Source: Heteronotia binoei (Eukaryota). From it: 64,000 bases of DNA. Numbering within the stretch: the first letter of the stretch is position 1; each line of letters opens with the position of its first letter. The position numbers and the translations under genes were made by a program. The stretch covers positions 127,844,001-127,908,000 of the forward strand of contig NC_083243.1 of NCBI RefSeq assembly GCF_032191835.1, in the 5' to 3' direction. The notes beneath the pieces were generated by a model. It worked only from the letters and a program-made list of their open reading frames with translations. It was not told the DNA's origin and made no database searches. Of this stretch, positions 48,297-61,290 are shown piece by piece.

Positions 48297-50721
48297 CATA
48301 GTGTGTAACAACTCAGAGAGTTTTCCCTCAGAGTGAGTCTTTGCTTTGTGCCTCTTCTCACAAATAAACTCTCTTTCAGACAGAAACTACCAAACCAGTT
48401 CTGTCTCAAGGAACTAAGCTGACAAGCTGCTCTCAGCGCCTTTCTTCAGTCAATCTTCAACTGAACTAACTCTGAGGAAAGATTCCCCCCCCCACCTGCT
48501 AGCCTTCTTCCACTCGATACGTTTGTATCCATGTTAGCAGCTCAGCCAATCAGAGTGAGCTTTTCATACTCACCCAGGCAAACTGCTTTAAGTCCATCAC
48601 ACCTTCAAACCAATTCATTGAGTTATGACAGGGGTGGGGAACCTTTTTTCTGCCAAGGGCCATTTGTATATTTATCATTCGCGAGCCATACAAAACTATC
48701 AACTTAAAATAGTGCTCTGCCAAGGGAGAACAATTCAGGGCAGCAAAATTAATGTAAATAATTGTTTTTCTATATGAAGTCATGTGGGGAGAGCCTAATT
48801 TGGCACACACACAACCTGACCTGCTGCCTTAGGCAAATGCCTTGGTTCAGGGCTTTTTTTTGTAGAAAAATGCCGGCAGGAACTCATTTAGCATATTAGA
48901 CCACATACCCTAATATTAGCATATCAGGTCACACACTCATTGGCGCATTAGGTCATACCATTTGGGATAATCAAGTGTAAATTGAACTGGTGGTAGCTCC
49001 CAGCAGGCAGGCCCTGGTGAAGCCGCTGCACAGCGTGGCTGGGCCCCACGATCCTCGCCGGGCCCCAGGGAGGTTGCCACGTGGCTTGGCTTGGCCCAGC
49101 AATTCCCGAGGGCCAGACCAAGTGATCTTGAGGACTGTAAATGGCCCTTGGGCTGGACATTCCCCACCCCTGAGTTACGAGGAAGAATCTAGAACAAAGT
49201 ATGAGTCCAGTGGCACCTTTAAGAATTACTTTGTTGTACTTCTTCAGACCAACATGGCTACCCACCAGAATTTATCAAGAAAAATCTAGTTCATCTGCTC
49301 TGTCTGGCAATAGCCTGATTCTTGGTGGTCAAAAAGATAATGCATCAATAAGGCATGTTATTAAACCATACTGGATCAGACGAGTAGTCCATCCAGTCCA
49401 GTATGGTAGTGACCAACTAGATTCCCTGTAGAACCAATGAACAGAACATGAAAGTGAAGATCTTCCGTGACCCTTGCCTACTAGCATTGCTATTCAAAGA
49501 GCTATTGCTTCTAGTTGGGGAACTTATGTTAGTTCAGACCACTGAACTAACAAGGTCTGTAATGTCTGTTCTGACTGACAGTGAATCTCCATGGTCTCAG
49601 CTAGAGGGTCTTTCACATCATCAGCTATCTAAACCTCTTAACTGGAGATGTGAGAAACTGAACTTCAGACTTTCTGGATCCAAAGCAAATATTCTTCCAC
49701 TGAGGCCTGCTCCCCTTTACAGAGCCACATGAATTCTGTTACTACTAAAAAAACCAGTGTTTGAAAACAAGCATAATCTACAAGATGTTTAAACAAAAGA
49801 AAGAATGGTTGGTTAAAAAATAAATAAGACTAGTACTTCCAAGCTGCAACAGAAGATTCATTGTCTCAATTTCTTCTAACTTTGTCAACACCTCAGTTCC
49901 ATGGGTTGAGCAAATGAGCATAGAGAATAAATATGCCATGAGTCAGTGCACAGAGAGGAGGTAGAACAGATGTTCAAGATTAGCTGATGATAGGATAGGC
50001 TAATGACAAAACAAGACAGTTTACAAGCTTGAAAAATACAACTGATTGTGTCCTGAGCTAAAGCCTGAACAATATTGTTACCATGAACCACCTTACCTCA
50101 GCTTCTGGAGTAAGACCACATTGCTAGGTCTAATATAGCCAAATTCAGTGTGTGTGTGTGTGTGGGGGGGGGGGGGTTAAACAGCTTTAGCTCCATTATT
50201 GTTCCTTGACCCAAATGGCATTTCAAGTAGGAAATCAGGAGACTACTTGCATTATCAAGTTTTTATAACACTAAAGGTTTCACATCTCTTCTCAAGAGCC
50301 TGGGAGAGAAAGGATGGGCAGTACTAGTTTATATCACAGAAGCCACCTTGCACCTGCCCCCAGTGACATGTTGGCTGTATCCCTCAGCTAGAGTTCAGAG
50401 ACTGCAGGAATTGGGGTGCCCAAACATGATAAAGTTAAAAAAATAATAAACAGAGGTCTTGAGGCAGAAAACATGTAAGCAGCTGCTAACACAGTTCAAG
50501 GTACAATAGTTGGCTCAGACACAATTTTTTTTTCTTGCAGGCAGCCGTGAGTGATACAGCAGCTTGCACTAAATGATGGGCCTGCTACAGGAACAGGAAG
50601 ACTAAGGAAAAACAACTAACGTGATGATGCCAACAGGAAGAAAGCAGGGAAGAGCCAGATAAGACAGCTTGCAATCACTTTATAGTTGGAGTGACTCCCA
50701 TACCGCTTTAAACAATACCAT

Positions 50722-51180
50722 CAGGCCTCAGATTCAGTGGGAGTTCACAGGAGCACAGCTCCTAAACCTTTCTAAGGCCGTTTTCCCACTCACGTTTTAC
50801 TGGCGCCACGACCATCCTGACGCCGGCGAATCTGCCTGGATTTCGCATCAGAAGCTCCGGCGCTCCCAGAAGCGCCGGCTACTTCTGTCGCTAAGCCAGC
50901 GCAAACGGAAATCGCAAAGATGCAGGAAAACGTTTGCGCTGGCTTAGCGACGGAAAGCGCCGGCGCTTCTGGGAGCGCCGGCGCTTCTGTTGCGAAATCC
51001 AGGCAGATTCGCCGGCGTCAGGATGGTCGTGGCGCCAGTAAAACGTGAGTGGGAAAACGGCCTATGAGTTCCACCTCCCTCTGTGAGAGTTCCACCTCCT
51101 TGTCCATTGAATACTATGTACAGCTGCATAACAATCCCTGGATGAGCTCCACCACCTATTTTTCTACGAAATGACCCCTG
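50722..51180. mobile_element. hAT MITE with a nested palindromic PIF/Harbinger-like MITE (50776-51062)
   Basis: Outer TSD AATACCAT is perfect. Inner TIR GGCCGTTTTCCC, flanked by TAA/TAT. Confidence 0.82.
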
Positions 51181-51434
51181 AATACCATCCTTACAAGCAG
51201 TATTAGTACTTTTAAATCCAACATTTTAATATACTCTACTGTACTAGCCTGTAGGAAATGTCACAGTGTACTCACTTCAAACCCCACATCCCAGTCTTAT
51301 GTTTGCGTTACTGCATCATAACTCATGAAATTTGCACTCTTCATCAGATTTGTGGATTCTGTTCACTATCCAATCAACACTTAGAACACAAAACAAAGTA
51401 TGTTGCTAGAGCATTAATCTGTGGGTCAATTTAC

Positions 51435-51509
51435 CTGTTGTGGGCGTACAATGTATTACTGTCTGACCAAGTTCCTCATTATCATCACTGATTAGGTCAT
51501 CTACCGCAC
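51435..51509 (-). CDS. LGR4: LGR4 penultimate exon (75 nt, hinge)
   Basis: tttttatttag| acceptor, CAG|gtaaat donor. Encodes (G)AVDDLISDDNEELGQTVIHCTPTT(G), with the conserved IHCTP motif. Phase 1 at both ends. Confidence 0.92.
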
Positions 51510-51953
51510 CTAAATAAAAAGGGCAGAAGATCAGGCCTGGAGAAACATTATTTAGTGGATGACTATTCTGCTTGAGAATTCACATAAAACCCTGCAGGGT
51601 CATTTCAAAGAGCACTTCTAATTCTCAGTGCCTTGGATCAGAAATCATGCAAAGCTATGTTTTAATTAAATTAACAATGGTAGCTTATTGTTAGCAGAAA
51701 CAAATAAGTTCAAGCAATGGAAAAATAGGTTCCAGTGGGGTAGCCATATTAGGCTATTGTAGAAAAACAAAAGTCACCTTAAAGATGAACACTTATTCCA
51801 ATATGAGCTTTCTTGAGACTGTTTCTTTAGACACAACAGGATAAAGAAAACCCTTTACCTTGGTTTTACAGAAAATTACAAAAAGGGAGGAATAAATCAG
51901 GTGAGATTATTGATGTGCAGACTTGAACTTTAGGTAGTTTAGTGGGTGATGAG

Positions 51954-52649
51954 CAGGGCCGGCTCCCCCCCTAGACAAACTAGGTGGTTGCCTAGGGTGG
52001 CAGCAGGGCAGGGGTAGCAAAATCGGCCTCCCCCCACAACCACCTAGTTTGCCCCCCCCCAGAGCCTCCTCCCTCCCTTCCCCACAGCATGTTAATTTCT
52101 AAGTCGGAACGGACTCTAGTGCCGTGTTCCAGCTATCTAAAGCCCCCTCCCGCCTCCTTCTCCTCCCTCCCTTTGCCACTGCATGTTAATTTCAAAGCCC
52201 CCTCTCAGCGAACGGAAAAACCGCGCCACGGGGCCGCACTCCCAGTCTGTCAGGAGCAGCGTCCTTAAAGGGTGGTCCCACGGCTGCCGATTCCTCCCCT
52301 CCCCACTTCCTGGATCGAGAGAAGTCAGCTCAGCAGCCACGGGACCACCCTTTCAGGATGCTGCTCTTGACATACTGGGAGTGTGGCCCCGTGGCGTGGT
52401 TTTTCTGATCGCGGGGGGGGGGGGGGTGGCGCTTTGAAATTAACATGCACTGGGGAAGGGAGGGAAGACAAGGAGGCGGGAGGGGGCTTTAGATAGCTGA
52501 AACGCGGCACTAGAGCCCGTTCCAGTTTTGAAATTAACATGCTATGGGGAAGGGAGAGAGGAGGCGCGGGGGGGAGGGGAGCTGCGGAGTGAGGGTGGCG
52601 CCAGGCAGTGAGTTGGCCTAGGGCGCCATGGGGTGTCGGGCCGCCCCTG
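51954..52649. mobile_element. Non-autonomous hAT element with internal inverted arms
   Basis: CAGGGCCGGC...GCCGCCCCTG, perfect TSD GTGATGAG. Arms at about 52063-52290 and 52330-52566. Confidence 0.85.
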
Positions 52650-53377
52650 GTGATGAGAGTAGAACAGGCTTCCTTGGAAAGGCTAGGTTCTCTCTCTTTA
52701 GAGGTTTTAAAGCAGAGGCTAGATGGCCATATGACAGCAATGGTGATTCTGTGAACTTAAGCAGATCATGGGAGGGAGGGCAGGAAGGGCTGCATCAGTG
52801 TTTAGTTCTCATGGCCCTTTTTTACATTCCCAGGGAAATGCTGATTGCCACTTTGGGATCAGGAAGCAATTGTTCTCCAGGGCAGTTTGGCCAGGAATCC
52901 TGGAGGTGTTTTGCCATCTTCTGGGCATGGAGCAAGGGTCACTATGTGTGTCTGTGGGGGGGGGAGGTATTTGTGAATTTCCTGCACTATGCAAAGGGTT
53001 GGACTAGATGACCTTGGAGGTCCCTTCCAATTCTATGAGGTAAGAGGTTCTGACCTTTCTCACATGTGGTGTAGTACAATAAAATAGGATAAACACGCTA
53101 AGAAAATGGTAGTTTGAAGCATGAGACAACTGACCAATATCACTGAATGGTTATGATATAACAACATTGTTAAGAATGGCGTATCACCACCACCACACAG
53201 GCCTAACTTGCTGCAGCAGAATAAAGGTTTCTAGTTTTGGGATAAAACTTGGGAGCAGCAGTGTTCTCTTGGACCATTACATGTTTAGGGGCAGCAATGC
53301 TGAAGTTTTATTGGGATTTTTCTGATTTTGTGTGAAGACAGTGTTAATGTTAGATGTCACAGAGTTTAACTAGGGGG

Positions 53378-55240
53378 TAAGAACATAAGAGAAGCCATGT
53401 TGGTAAGAACATAAGACAAGCCCATCCAGTCCAGCACTCTGTGTCACACAGTGGCCAAAAAAACCCCAGGCACCTTCAGGAGGTCCCTCAGTGGGGCCAG
53501 AACACTAGAAGCCCTCACACTGTGCCCTCCCAAGCACCAAGAATACAGAGCATCACTACCCCAGGCAGAGAGTTCCAACAATATGCTGTGGCTAATAGCC
53601 ACTGATGGACCTCTTCTCCATATGTTGATCCAATCCCCCTTGAAGATGGCTATGCTTGCAGCAGTCACCACCTCCTGTGGCAGTGTATTCCATGTGTTAA
53701 TCACCCTTTGGGTGAAGAAGTACTTCCTTTTATCAGTACTAACCCGACTGCCCAGCAATTTCATTGAATGTCCACAAGTTCTCTTATTGTGAGAAAGGGA
53801 TAAAAGTACTTCTTTATCTTCTCTATCCCATGCATAATCTTGTAAACCTCTATCATGTCACCCGTCAGTCGACATTTCTCCAAGTTAAAGAGCCCCTAGT
53901 GTTTTAACCTTCCTTCATAACGAAAGTGTTCGAACCCTTTAATCATTCAAGTTGCCCTTTTCTGAACTTTTTCCAAAGCTATAATATTTTTTTTGAGGAG
54001 CAGTGACCAGAACTGTACACAGTATTCCAAATGAGGCCACACCATCGATTAATACAGGGGCATTATGATACTGGCTGATTTGTTTTCAATTCCCTTCCTA
54101 ATAATTCCCAGCATAGCATTGGCCTTTTTCATTGCAGTCACACACTGTCTCGACATTTTCAGTGAGTTATCTACCATGACCCCAAGATCTCTCTTGGTCA
54201 GTCTCTGTCAATTCACACCACATCAACTTGTATTTATAGTTCGGACTTTTGGCCTCAATGCGCATTACTTTGCACTTGGCCACATCGAACCTCATTTGCC
54301 ATGTTGATGCCCACTCACCCAGCCTCCACAGATCCCTTTGGAGTTCCTCACAATCCTCTCTGGTTCTCACCATCCTGAACAATTTAGTGTCATCTGCAAA
54401 CTTAGCCACTTCATTGCTTACTCCCAACTCCAAATCATTAATGAACAAGTTAAAAAGCATCAGACCCAGTACTGAGCCCTGCAGTACCCACTACTTACCA
54501 CCCTCCACTGTGAAAATTGCCCATTTATACTCACTGTTTCCTATTAATTAGCCAATTTTGATCCAAAGAGGATTTGTTCTTTTACCCCATGACTCTCGAG
54601 CTTACTAAGGAGCCTTTGATGAGAAACTTTATTAAAAGCTTTCTGGAAGTCAAGGTAAGCAACATCTTTTGGGGTCCCTTTGTCCACATGTTTGTTCACC
54701 CCCTAATAACTCCAACAGGTTAGTGAGAAAAGATCTTCCCTTACAGAACCCCTGCTGAGTCTTCCTCAATAACGTTTGTTCATCAATATGCCTACTAATT
54801 CTCTCTTTAATAACTGTTTCCACTAACTTTCCTTGTATTTAAGTCAGACTGACTGGTCTGTAATTTCCTGGATCTCCTCTGGAACCCTTTTTAAAGATGG
54901 GGTGACATTAGCTACCTTCCAGTCCTCAGGAACGGAGGCAGATTTCAATGAATGATTACAGATTTTTGTCAGGAGTTCCATAATTTCACCTTTGAGTTCT
55001 TTCAGAACTCTTGAATATATGTCATCCAGGCCTGGTGACTTATCAGTTTTTAAACTATCAGTTGTAGGACCTCCTCTCTCGTCACCTCAATCTGACTCAG
55101 GTCTTTCAACACCCCTCCCGAAATCAGCGGTTGTGGAGTGGCAAACATTTCTCATCTTCCACAGTGAAGACGGAGGCAAAAAATGCATTCAGCTTCTCAG
55201 CCATTTCCCTACCCTCCTTAAACCTTTTACCCCTTGGTCA
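53378..55240 (-). mobile_element. CR1 LINE 3' portion in an LGR4 intron
   Basis: LFNLFINDLELGVSNEVAKFADDTKL. Same 3' tail, partly duplicated at 53378-53425. Confidence 0.92.
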
Positions 55241-55708
55241 CCCCCTTGGGGATGTGGCTCTATGGCCTTATGGTAACACTGGTCAATTGAAAGTTAAATT
55301 GACAACATGGTGAAAGTTTCCTTTAGCCAGGAGTTGCCATTCAAGCTGAGAACAGAGCCAGAATTTTATAGACAAGATCAAGAAGAGAAAGAAAGCTCTG
55401 AAACTAGGATTTGTGAAGGGACACTAAGACTGAGCAATCACCTACAGACCAGAGCCTACTTTTACAAATTAGAATAAGCATCCTTTTGCATTATTTGTGA
55501 AAGGAGTCAGTGAGTAAGTAATCTGTGGAAAGACTCAAAATATGTTGTATGGAATCATGTAAGAGGTTTCTCCCACAATAATGAATACAACAACTCATCC
55601 TTCATAACACATGAAAAGCAGCCATGTTCCCCAATTCCAGGGATGCCTGAAGCTTACATTTGTGTAAAAGGCTGTATGTTTTCACACTTTTTTCAGTTAA
55701 GCACTCAC

Positions 55709-55830
55709 CACGGTCATGAGCAACTGACAGACTTTGATCTTGGTGGTTAGAATCTTCAGTATTAAAGTTTAAATAAGAATCACAGCTCCAGAATGCACAG
55801 CACTGATAGGCGTATGGAACAGACAGTGAT
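55709..55830 (-). CDS. LGR4: LGR4 antepenultimate exon (122 nt, LRR C-cap/hinge)
   Basis: gaattttcag| acceptor, GTG|gtgagt donor. Encodes (R)SLSVPYAYQCCAFWSCDSYLNFNTEDSNHQDQSLSVAHDR(G). YAYQCC is the LGR-family signature. Confidence 0.95.
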
Positions 55831-55963
55831 CTGAAAATTCAAAGAAACAGCAGGAAGCCATAATTGACAGCTTTTCTGATTTCTTTAAAAGCAGCATTAT
55901 CTCTGAAAGTTATAACTTGGTTTTTCTTATGTAAGTCCTTCTAATAATGAAATTAGCTATGAG

Positions 55964-56686
55964 CAGGACCAATGCCAGGGTTTCTGGCACCCTCATCCCC
56001 CCTGCACCTGCCTCTGCAGTGGTGAGGGCAAGTGTGGTGGTGGCAGGTGGTACAGCACCGAGCACCTTTGAACACACCTGCTGCCGTGCCACCCTTGCTC
56101 AGCCTTCCCAGGTCTGTACTTCTGCTTGGTGGTAAGGCAGTGAAGGGTGGTGGAGAGACAGGCAGCAAGAGTGAGCCCCATAGCATCAGGGAAGGGGCAC
56201 TGGGGGCAGGTCTGTACTTCTGCTTGGTGGTAAGGCAGTGAAGGTTGGTGGAGAGACAGGCAGCAAGAGTGAGCCCCATAGCATCAGGGAAGGGGCACTG
56301 GGGGCAGGTCTGTACTTCTGCTTGGTGGTAAGGCAGTGAAGGGTGGTGGAGAGACAGCCAGCAAGAGTGAGCCCCATAGCATCAGGGAAGGGGCACTGGG
56401 GGCAGGTCTGTACTTCTGCTTGGTGGTAAGGCAGTGAAGGTTGGTGGAGAGACAGGCAGCAAGAGTGAGCTCCATAGCATCAGGGAAGGGGCACTGGGGG
56501 CAGGTCTGTACTTCTGCTTGGTGGTAAGGCAGTGAAGGTTGGTGGAGAGACAGGCAGCAAGAGTGAGCTCCATAGCATCAGGGAAGGGGCACTGGGGGCA
56601 GCGGGGCATGAGCAGGGAGGAGACACCCGTCCCTGAGGCCAAGTAGCACCCTAGCCTACCTGGCCTATTGGGATGCACTGGCACTG
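55964..56686. mobile_element. Non-autonomous hAT element carrying a minisatellite
   Basis: CAGGACC...GGCACTG ends, TSD GCTATGAG/GTTATAAG (6/8). Confidence 0.65.
56109..56598. repeat. Tandem array, 5 x 98 bp
   Basis: Unit caggtctgtacttctgcttggtgg...ggggcactggggg starts at 56109, 56207, 56305, 56403 and 56501, with few substitutions. Confidence 0.95.
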
Positions 56687-58069
56687 GTTATAAGATTTCC
56701 TAAAGAACAGTTTTTAATCTAGCAAGAGTTCTGAATGTCTAAACAAGTACATTGTGAACTTGCTTTTTTATGTAAGTTCTGCGATAAAAAAAGTTCTTTG
56801 GTTACAGTCCAAGTATATGTTAAAGCACTGCCATCTTAAGGCGAAAAAGATGTTACAAGCAATCATGTTATTACCTGTGCATAGAAAAATGAAAACTCAT
56901 CAAGTTGCCTGGAGAGTAACACTGTTGCACAAGTGAATTCCCATGCAAGTTCTAAGTACACACCTGTCATTCTCATTGTTTACTTTGTTTATATGAAATC
57001 TCTCATGCTGCAAGGCTGGATTTCCTGCTCTCTACACCCTTCCCTTAACTCACTCCAGGACATGCCAGAAAGTCTCATTCATTGAAAAAAAGGGGCCAAA
57101 CATATTTTAATTCTATTTATATCCCACCACATGGCCATAAAAAAGGCCCTCAGGGTGCATTACCGTTATAAAAGTTTCTCTATCCTAAGTTGATGTGTGT
57201 GTATATATAAAATTGGGGGAGGAGGTTTGCTTGGTTGAAAAGTTTATGGCTATTTGCCATTGTTTTAGGTAAAATAACTATAAACAAGGAAAGCATACCA
57301 TAATTAAAACTATGAACCATCACAATGCAGAAAAATCAGATATCAGGACAGCTTAACCCACAATCTGCCACATTCTCCAAATGCATGTGGAAATAAATGT
57401 TTTGACTAATTTCTATAAAGTAAGGATAGATAGGTCATGATGGGCTCCACTAATACAAGTCAAGGAGAGGTGTCTGAGCAAGACTTCTCCCCAAATCTTT
57501 GCGTACAGGAGGCAACTACACAAATTGCTTGCCACAGAACATCACCAAAAGGCATACTTTTATTGGTAAGTATGATATTTTTATAACCGCATTATATTAT
57601 GCTTGAAGTCAAAAGTCTTTGATGAACATATGGCAAGGTTAAATGTTTACAGTCACTTTCCTTCTGGAATGGGGACAAGGGGAAGGAGAAAGATGCAAAC
57701 AGGCAGTAATAATTTTAAATAGGAAAAAAAGCTGAGGAGGTTTTAAAAAAGTTATTTCTTAAAGCAATGGTGCAAAATGGATTTTGAGGAGTCGGAGAGG
57801 TCAAAGTAGTAGTGAAGTCCAAAACTGAGGTGCTTTCTCCAATCAACCTGTTCTCTAAATATTTTCCCACTTCTACAAACCTATAACTTAGGCACTTAAC
57901 TGAATTAGAAACAATATACAGATATAATCAATATTTTTATTTAAAGGCTGCTACATGGAAACTATAGTATGCTTGTGCTTTGCATAAAACTTTTTAAAAA
58001 AATTCTTGGGCTTGCATGCTTCCTCCCCCAGTGCAGAGACATAACTAATTTCTAGTTCATGAAATCTTT

Positions 58070-61000
58070 GATCCAACCTAATTAATGAATACCCTCAGGC
58101 TGATTGTTCTGGGTGACTTCAGCATTCAAGCTGACTACTACTCTCTAGAGTCAGCCTAGGATTTTATAGCCCTTTGACTGCCCTGAGCTTCTCTCAAATT
58201 GTGACAGGTTCAACACATGAAAAGGGCCGCATGTTACACCTGATCTTTTGCTCTGAGCCTATGAAAGGAGGTCTTATTTCAGGGCTAGAGATTCGGTCTG
58301 AACCATGGCTTGACCACTATCTACTGAAGGCAAGGGTAACTATGACACCAACACTCCACAAAAGAGGGTTGAGTTAAAATGATCCCCCCATCAGAGACTC
58401 TTGGATCCTTCTGGATTCCAAAATGCACTAGGAGATTTTAGAATTCCAAACACTTGTCCTGTTGAGGCTGCAGTGGAAACTTGGAACATGAAACTCCTCA
58501 ATGCCATTGACAAGATTGCTCCTTGTTGAACTCTACTACCCTTAGATAGATCCAAGTGGGCAGCCATGTTGGTCTGAAGTAGCAGAACAAAATAGGTGTC
58601 AACTTGCACCTTTAAGACCAACTGAGTTTTATTCAGGGAGAAACCCAGCCCAGTTTAGTGTGGACCTGGGTGACCTAAGAAGGCTAGAAGCCATCAAGAA
58701 TGATGATGGAAGAAAACAGAGTTTTCCAGAGCTCATTGGAAACTTTGTGAGGCTGCAGTGATGGGGGCAAAGAAGTGCTATTTCTCTACAACCATTGCAT
58801 CAGCTACTTCACAGCAATCCTTGCTGTTTAAGGTGGCTCATTATCTGCTAACTCCTAAAATATGAACCTTTACTATCTTATGAACAATTAGCTATATATA
58901 GGGGTGGCCAACGGTAGCTCTCCAGATGTTTTTTGCCTACAACTCCCATCAGCCCCAGCCAGCAAGGCCAATGGCTGGGGTTGATGGAAGTTGTAGGCAA
59001 AAAACACCTGGAGAGCTACTGTTGGCCATCCCTGAGCTATAACACTGTTGCAAGGTTCTTTGTCAATAAAGTAATACAAATACACTATCATTTGGATGCC
59101 ACTGGTAAGAGGGCTGGCAGATGAAATGCATCATCTGGTCTGATTATGGACCATTTTGACCTAGTTACTATGATGGATATTGACAGGATCGTGGGATCAG
59201 GGAAAACTACTACATATGTACTGGAACCTTGTCCACCTGGCTGCTAAAATCATGCAAAACCACACAAAGAAGCCCTTGATAACTATCATAAATCAGAGCA
59301 CTTTCCATCAAGCACTCAAACAGATTATCATTCATCCATTATTAAAAAAAAAACCCTAAAAAAATGACATTGTAATTATCACCCAGTCTCCAATCTTCCA
59401 TTTCTAAGCAAAGTGATTAAGAGAGCAGTAGCAGGCCAACTCCAGAACTTCCTTGATAACTCACAGGCTCTAGCCCAGACTTATTTGGACTAACGCCCCC
59501 TTTTCAGAAAAAAAATTACTCAGCGCCCCCCTGGAAATCTACCTTCAAGAAATGGACTAAAAGATGCAGTGACGTATTTGCGCACAGAGTAAGCAAAGAT
59601 ATTGTAAGAAGACAATTTGAAGCGTGAAATTCTAAAATTATTTTATAAAATCAACTATAGTAACATTTGCATTCACAGAATTTTTGAAATTTCAATTCCA
59701 ACTGACAGGAGGCCATCTAGTTTGACAGGTATTTGACAGGAGAAGATCTAGATGGGCCCAGCTAAATTGGTTGTTTTGTACCAATGATTGGTTGGACAAT
59801 TCTAGCTCTTTGACAGCTAGTCAGGGGGATATAAGTGGATTAGTAAAATATCAAAACTCAAGAAGAGGAACAGAAGACCAGCGCCGGCACTAGAGGTTCT
59901 ACCGCCCTAGGCAGAACCCCCCCCCCCCAGGTGTGCTCCTAACGGGGGTTATTCTTAGCATGCCGGTGATGATGTAATCACACCAGCCAGCAGGCAAACC
60001 CAGAACCCCGGGTGGTGCACACAAGTGCTGCCGCAATGCCGCTTTTCTTCACAGGGCAAATGTTGTCTGTGCTTGTCAGAGCCTTCAAAGGAAGCCTCTG
60101 AAGAGTGCCCAGTTTTACTGCTGCCTGCTGCTTTTGGAATGAAAGCAGTTGGGTGGGTGGCACCTTCCCATTGCTTTTGTCAGCTCCAACTAGTGCAATG
60201 GAAAGGTGCCGCCACTCAGCCACTTTTAACCCAAAAGCAGCAGGCAGCAGTAAAATGGGGTGCTCTTTGGAGGCTTCCTTGGAAGTCTTCAACAAGCACA
60301 GGCAATGTTTGCCCTATGAAGAAAAGGCAACGTTCGCCCTGTGAAGAAAACCACGCAAGGCTCACAGCTTGCCTGCTGGCTGGCACAATCGTGCCACATG
60401 GGAAGGGGGAGTAAGGGGGTGCCCAGCAGCGCTCCCTGGCAGCGTAGCACCCTAGGTGGTCGCCTACCCTGCCTACTCCCATGCACTGGCCCTGCAGAAA
60501 ACAGTCTAATTGGGTGAATTCGCACTAAGTAGCAGACAAAAAGGAATCCTCTATTTTTGTTAATTGGAATTTTTCTCTAAATTAGAAATTCTGGACCCAG
60601 AAACGTGATGTTTTGACACCTCCCACCCTCTTCTCTTTTTCTTTTAAGCTTCCCTTATTTTTAATTCACCACCCCCCAACTGCACCCAAGGCTACTACCA
60701 CCCCCCTGGATTGTTCCAGCGCCCCCCCAGGGGGCAATATCTCCCACTTTGGGAAACACTGCTCTAGCCCCTTTCCAGATTGGGTTCAGGCCAGGCTACA
60801 GGACAGAGATGGCTCTAATGGTTTTAGCTGATGACCTCTGCCTGACAACGGTCATGTTTCTCTGTTGCTTTTTGTGATCTATTGGCAGCATTTGATACAG
60901 TAGACCAGGGGTGGCCAATGGTAGCTCTCCAGATGTTTTCTGCCTACAATTCCCATCAGCCCCAGCCAGCATGGCCAATGGCTGGGGTTGATAGGAGTTG

Positions 61001-61290
61001 TAGGCAAAAAACATCTGGAGAGCTACCGTTGGCCACCCCTGCAGTAGACCATACCATCTTATTGAGGCATTTGGATGCAGAAGCAGGTATTGATTTGTAT
61101 GTTGGACAGATTTAAATCACTCCTCAAAATGCTCAAAAATGACTCCTCAAAAACGTTGGGGGCTAGGCAAAACATGCACCTCACTCCAATTCTGCAGTCA
61201 TTCCATCAACAGCCCATCAATTACAGGGATCAGTTCAAGGTGTTGACTATCACAGAAAAAGCCCTTTACTGGCCTCAGTCCCTCTGATCT
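58070..61290 (+). mobile_element. Degenerate L2 LINE with nested insertions
   Basis: LIVLGDFSI (EN). PFQIGFRPG.RTEMAL and AAFDTVDH (RT) are recoverable after removing the insertions at 58899-59034, 59476-60761 and 60906-61041. Confidence 0.75.
59476..60761. mobile_element. hAT-Charlie-like element (TSD CTCTAGCC) containing a second hAT element (59879-60494, TSD CAGAAGAC/CAGAAAAC)
   Basis: Right TIR tttgggaaacactg. Removing it restores the L2 RT frame. Confidence 0.75.

Noticed and set aside
50669-51129. Arg/Ala-rich ORFs on both strands (also 47953-48336, 52137-52540, 59978-60414)
   Set aside because: By-products of GC-rich palindromic MITEs.
51275-51380. Possible extra LGR4 exon with good AG and GTGAGT signals (also the donor near 48573)
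   Set aside because: All three frames hit stops at 51275-51380, neither segment resembles LGR4, and flanking exons already join in phase.
56109-56598. CRISPR-like array
   Set aside because: Head-to-tail 98-bp units with no unique spacers, no cas genes, and a vertebrate context. It is a minisatellite.
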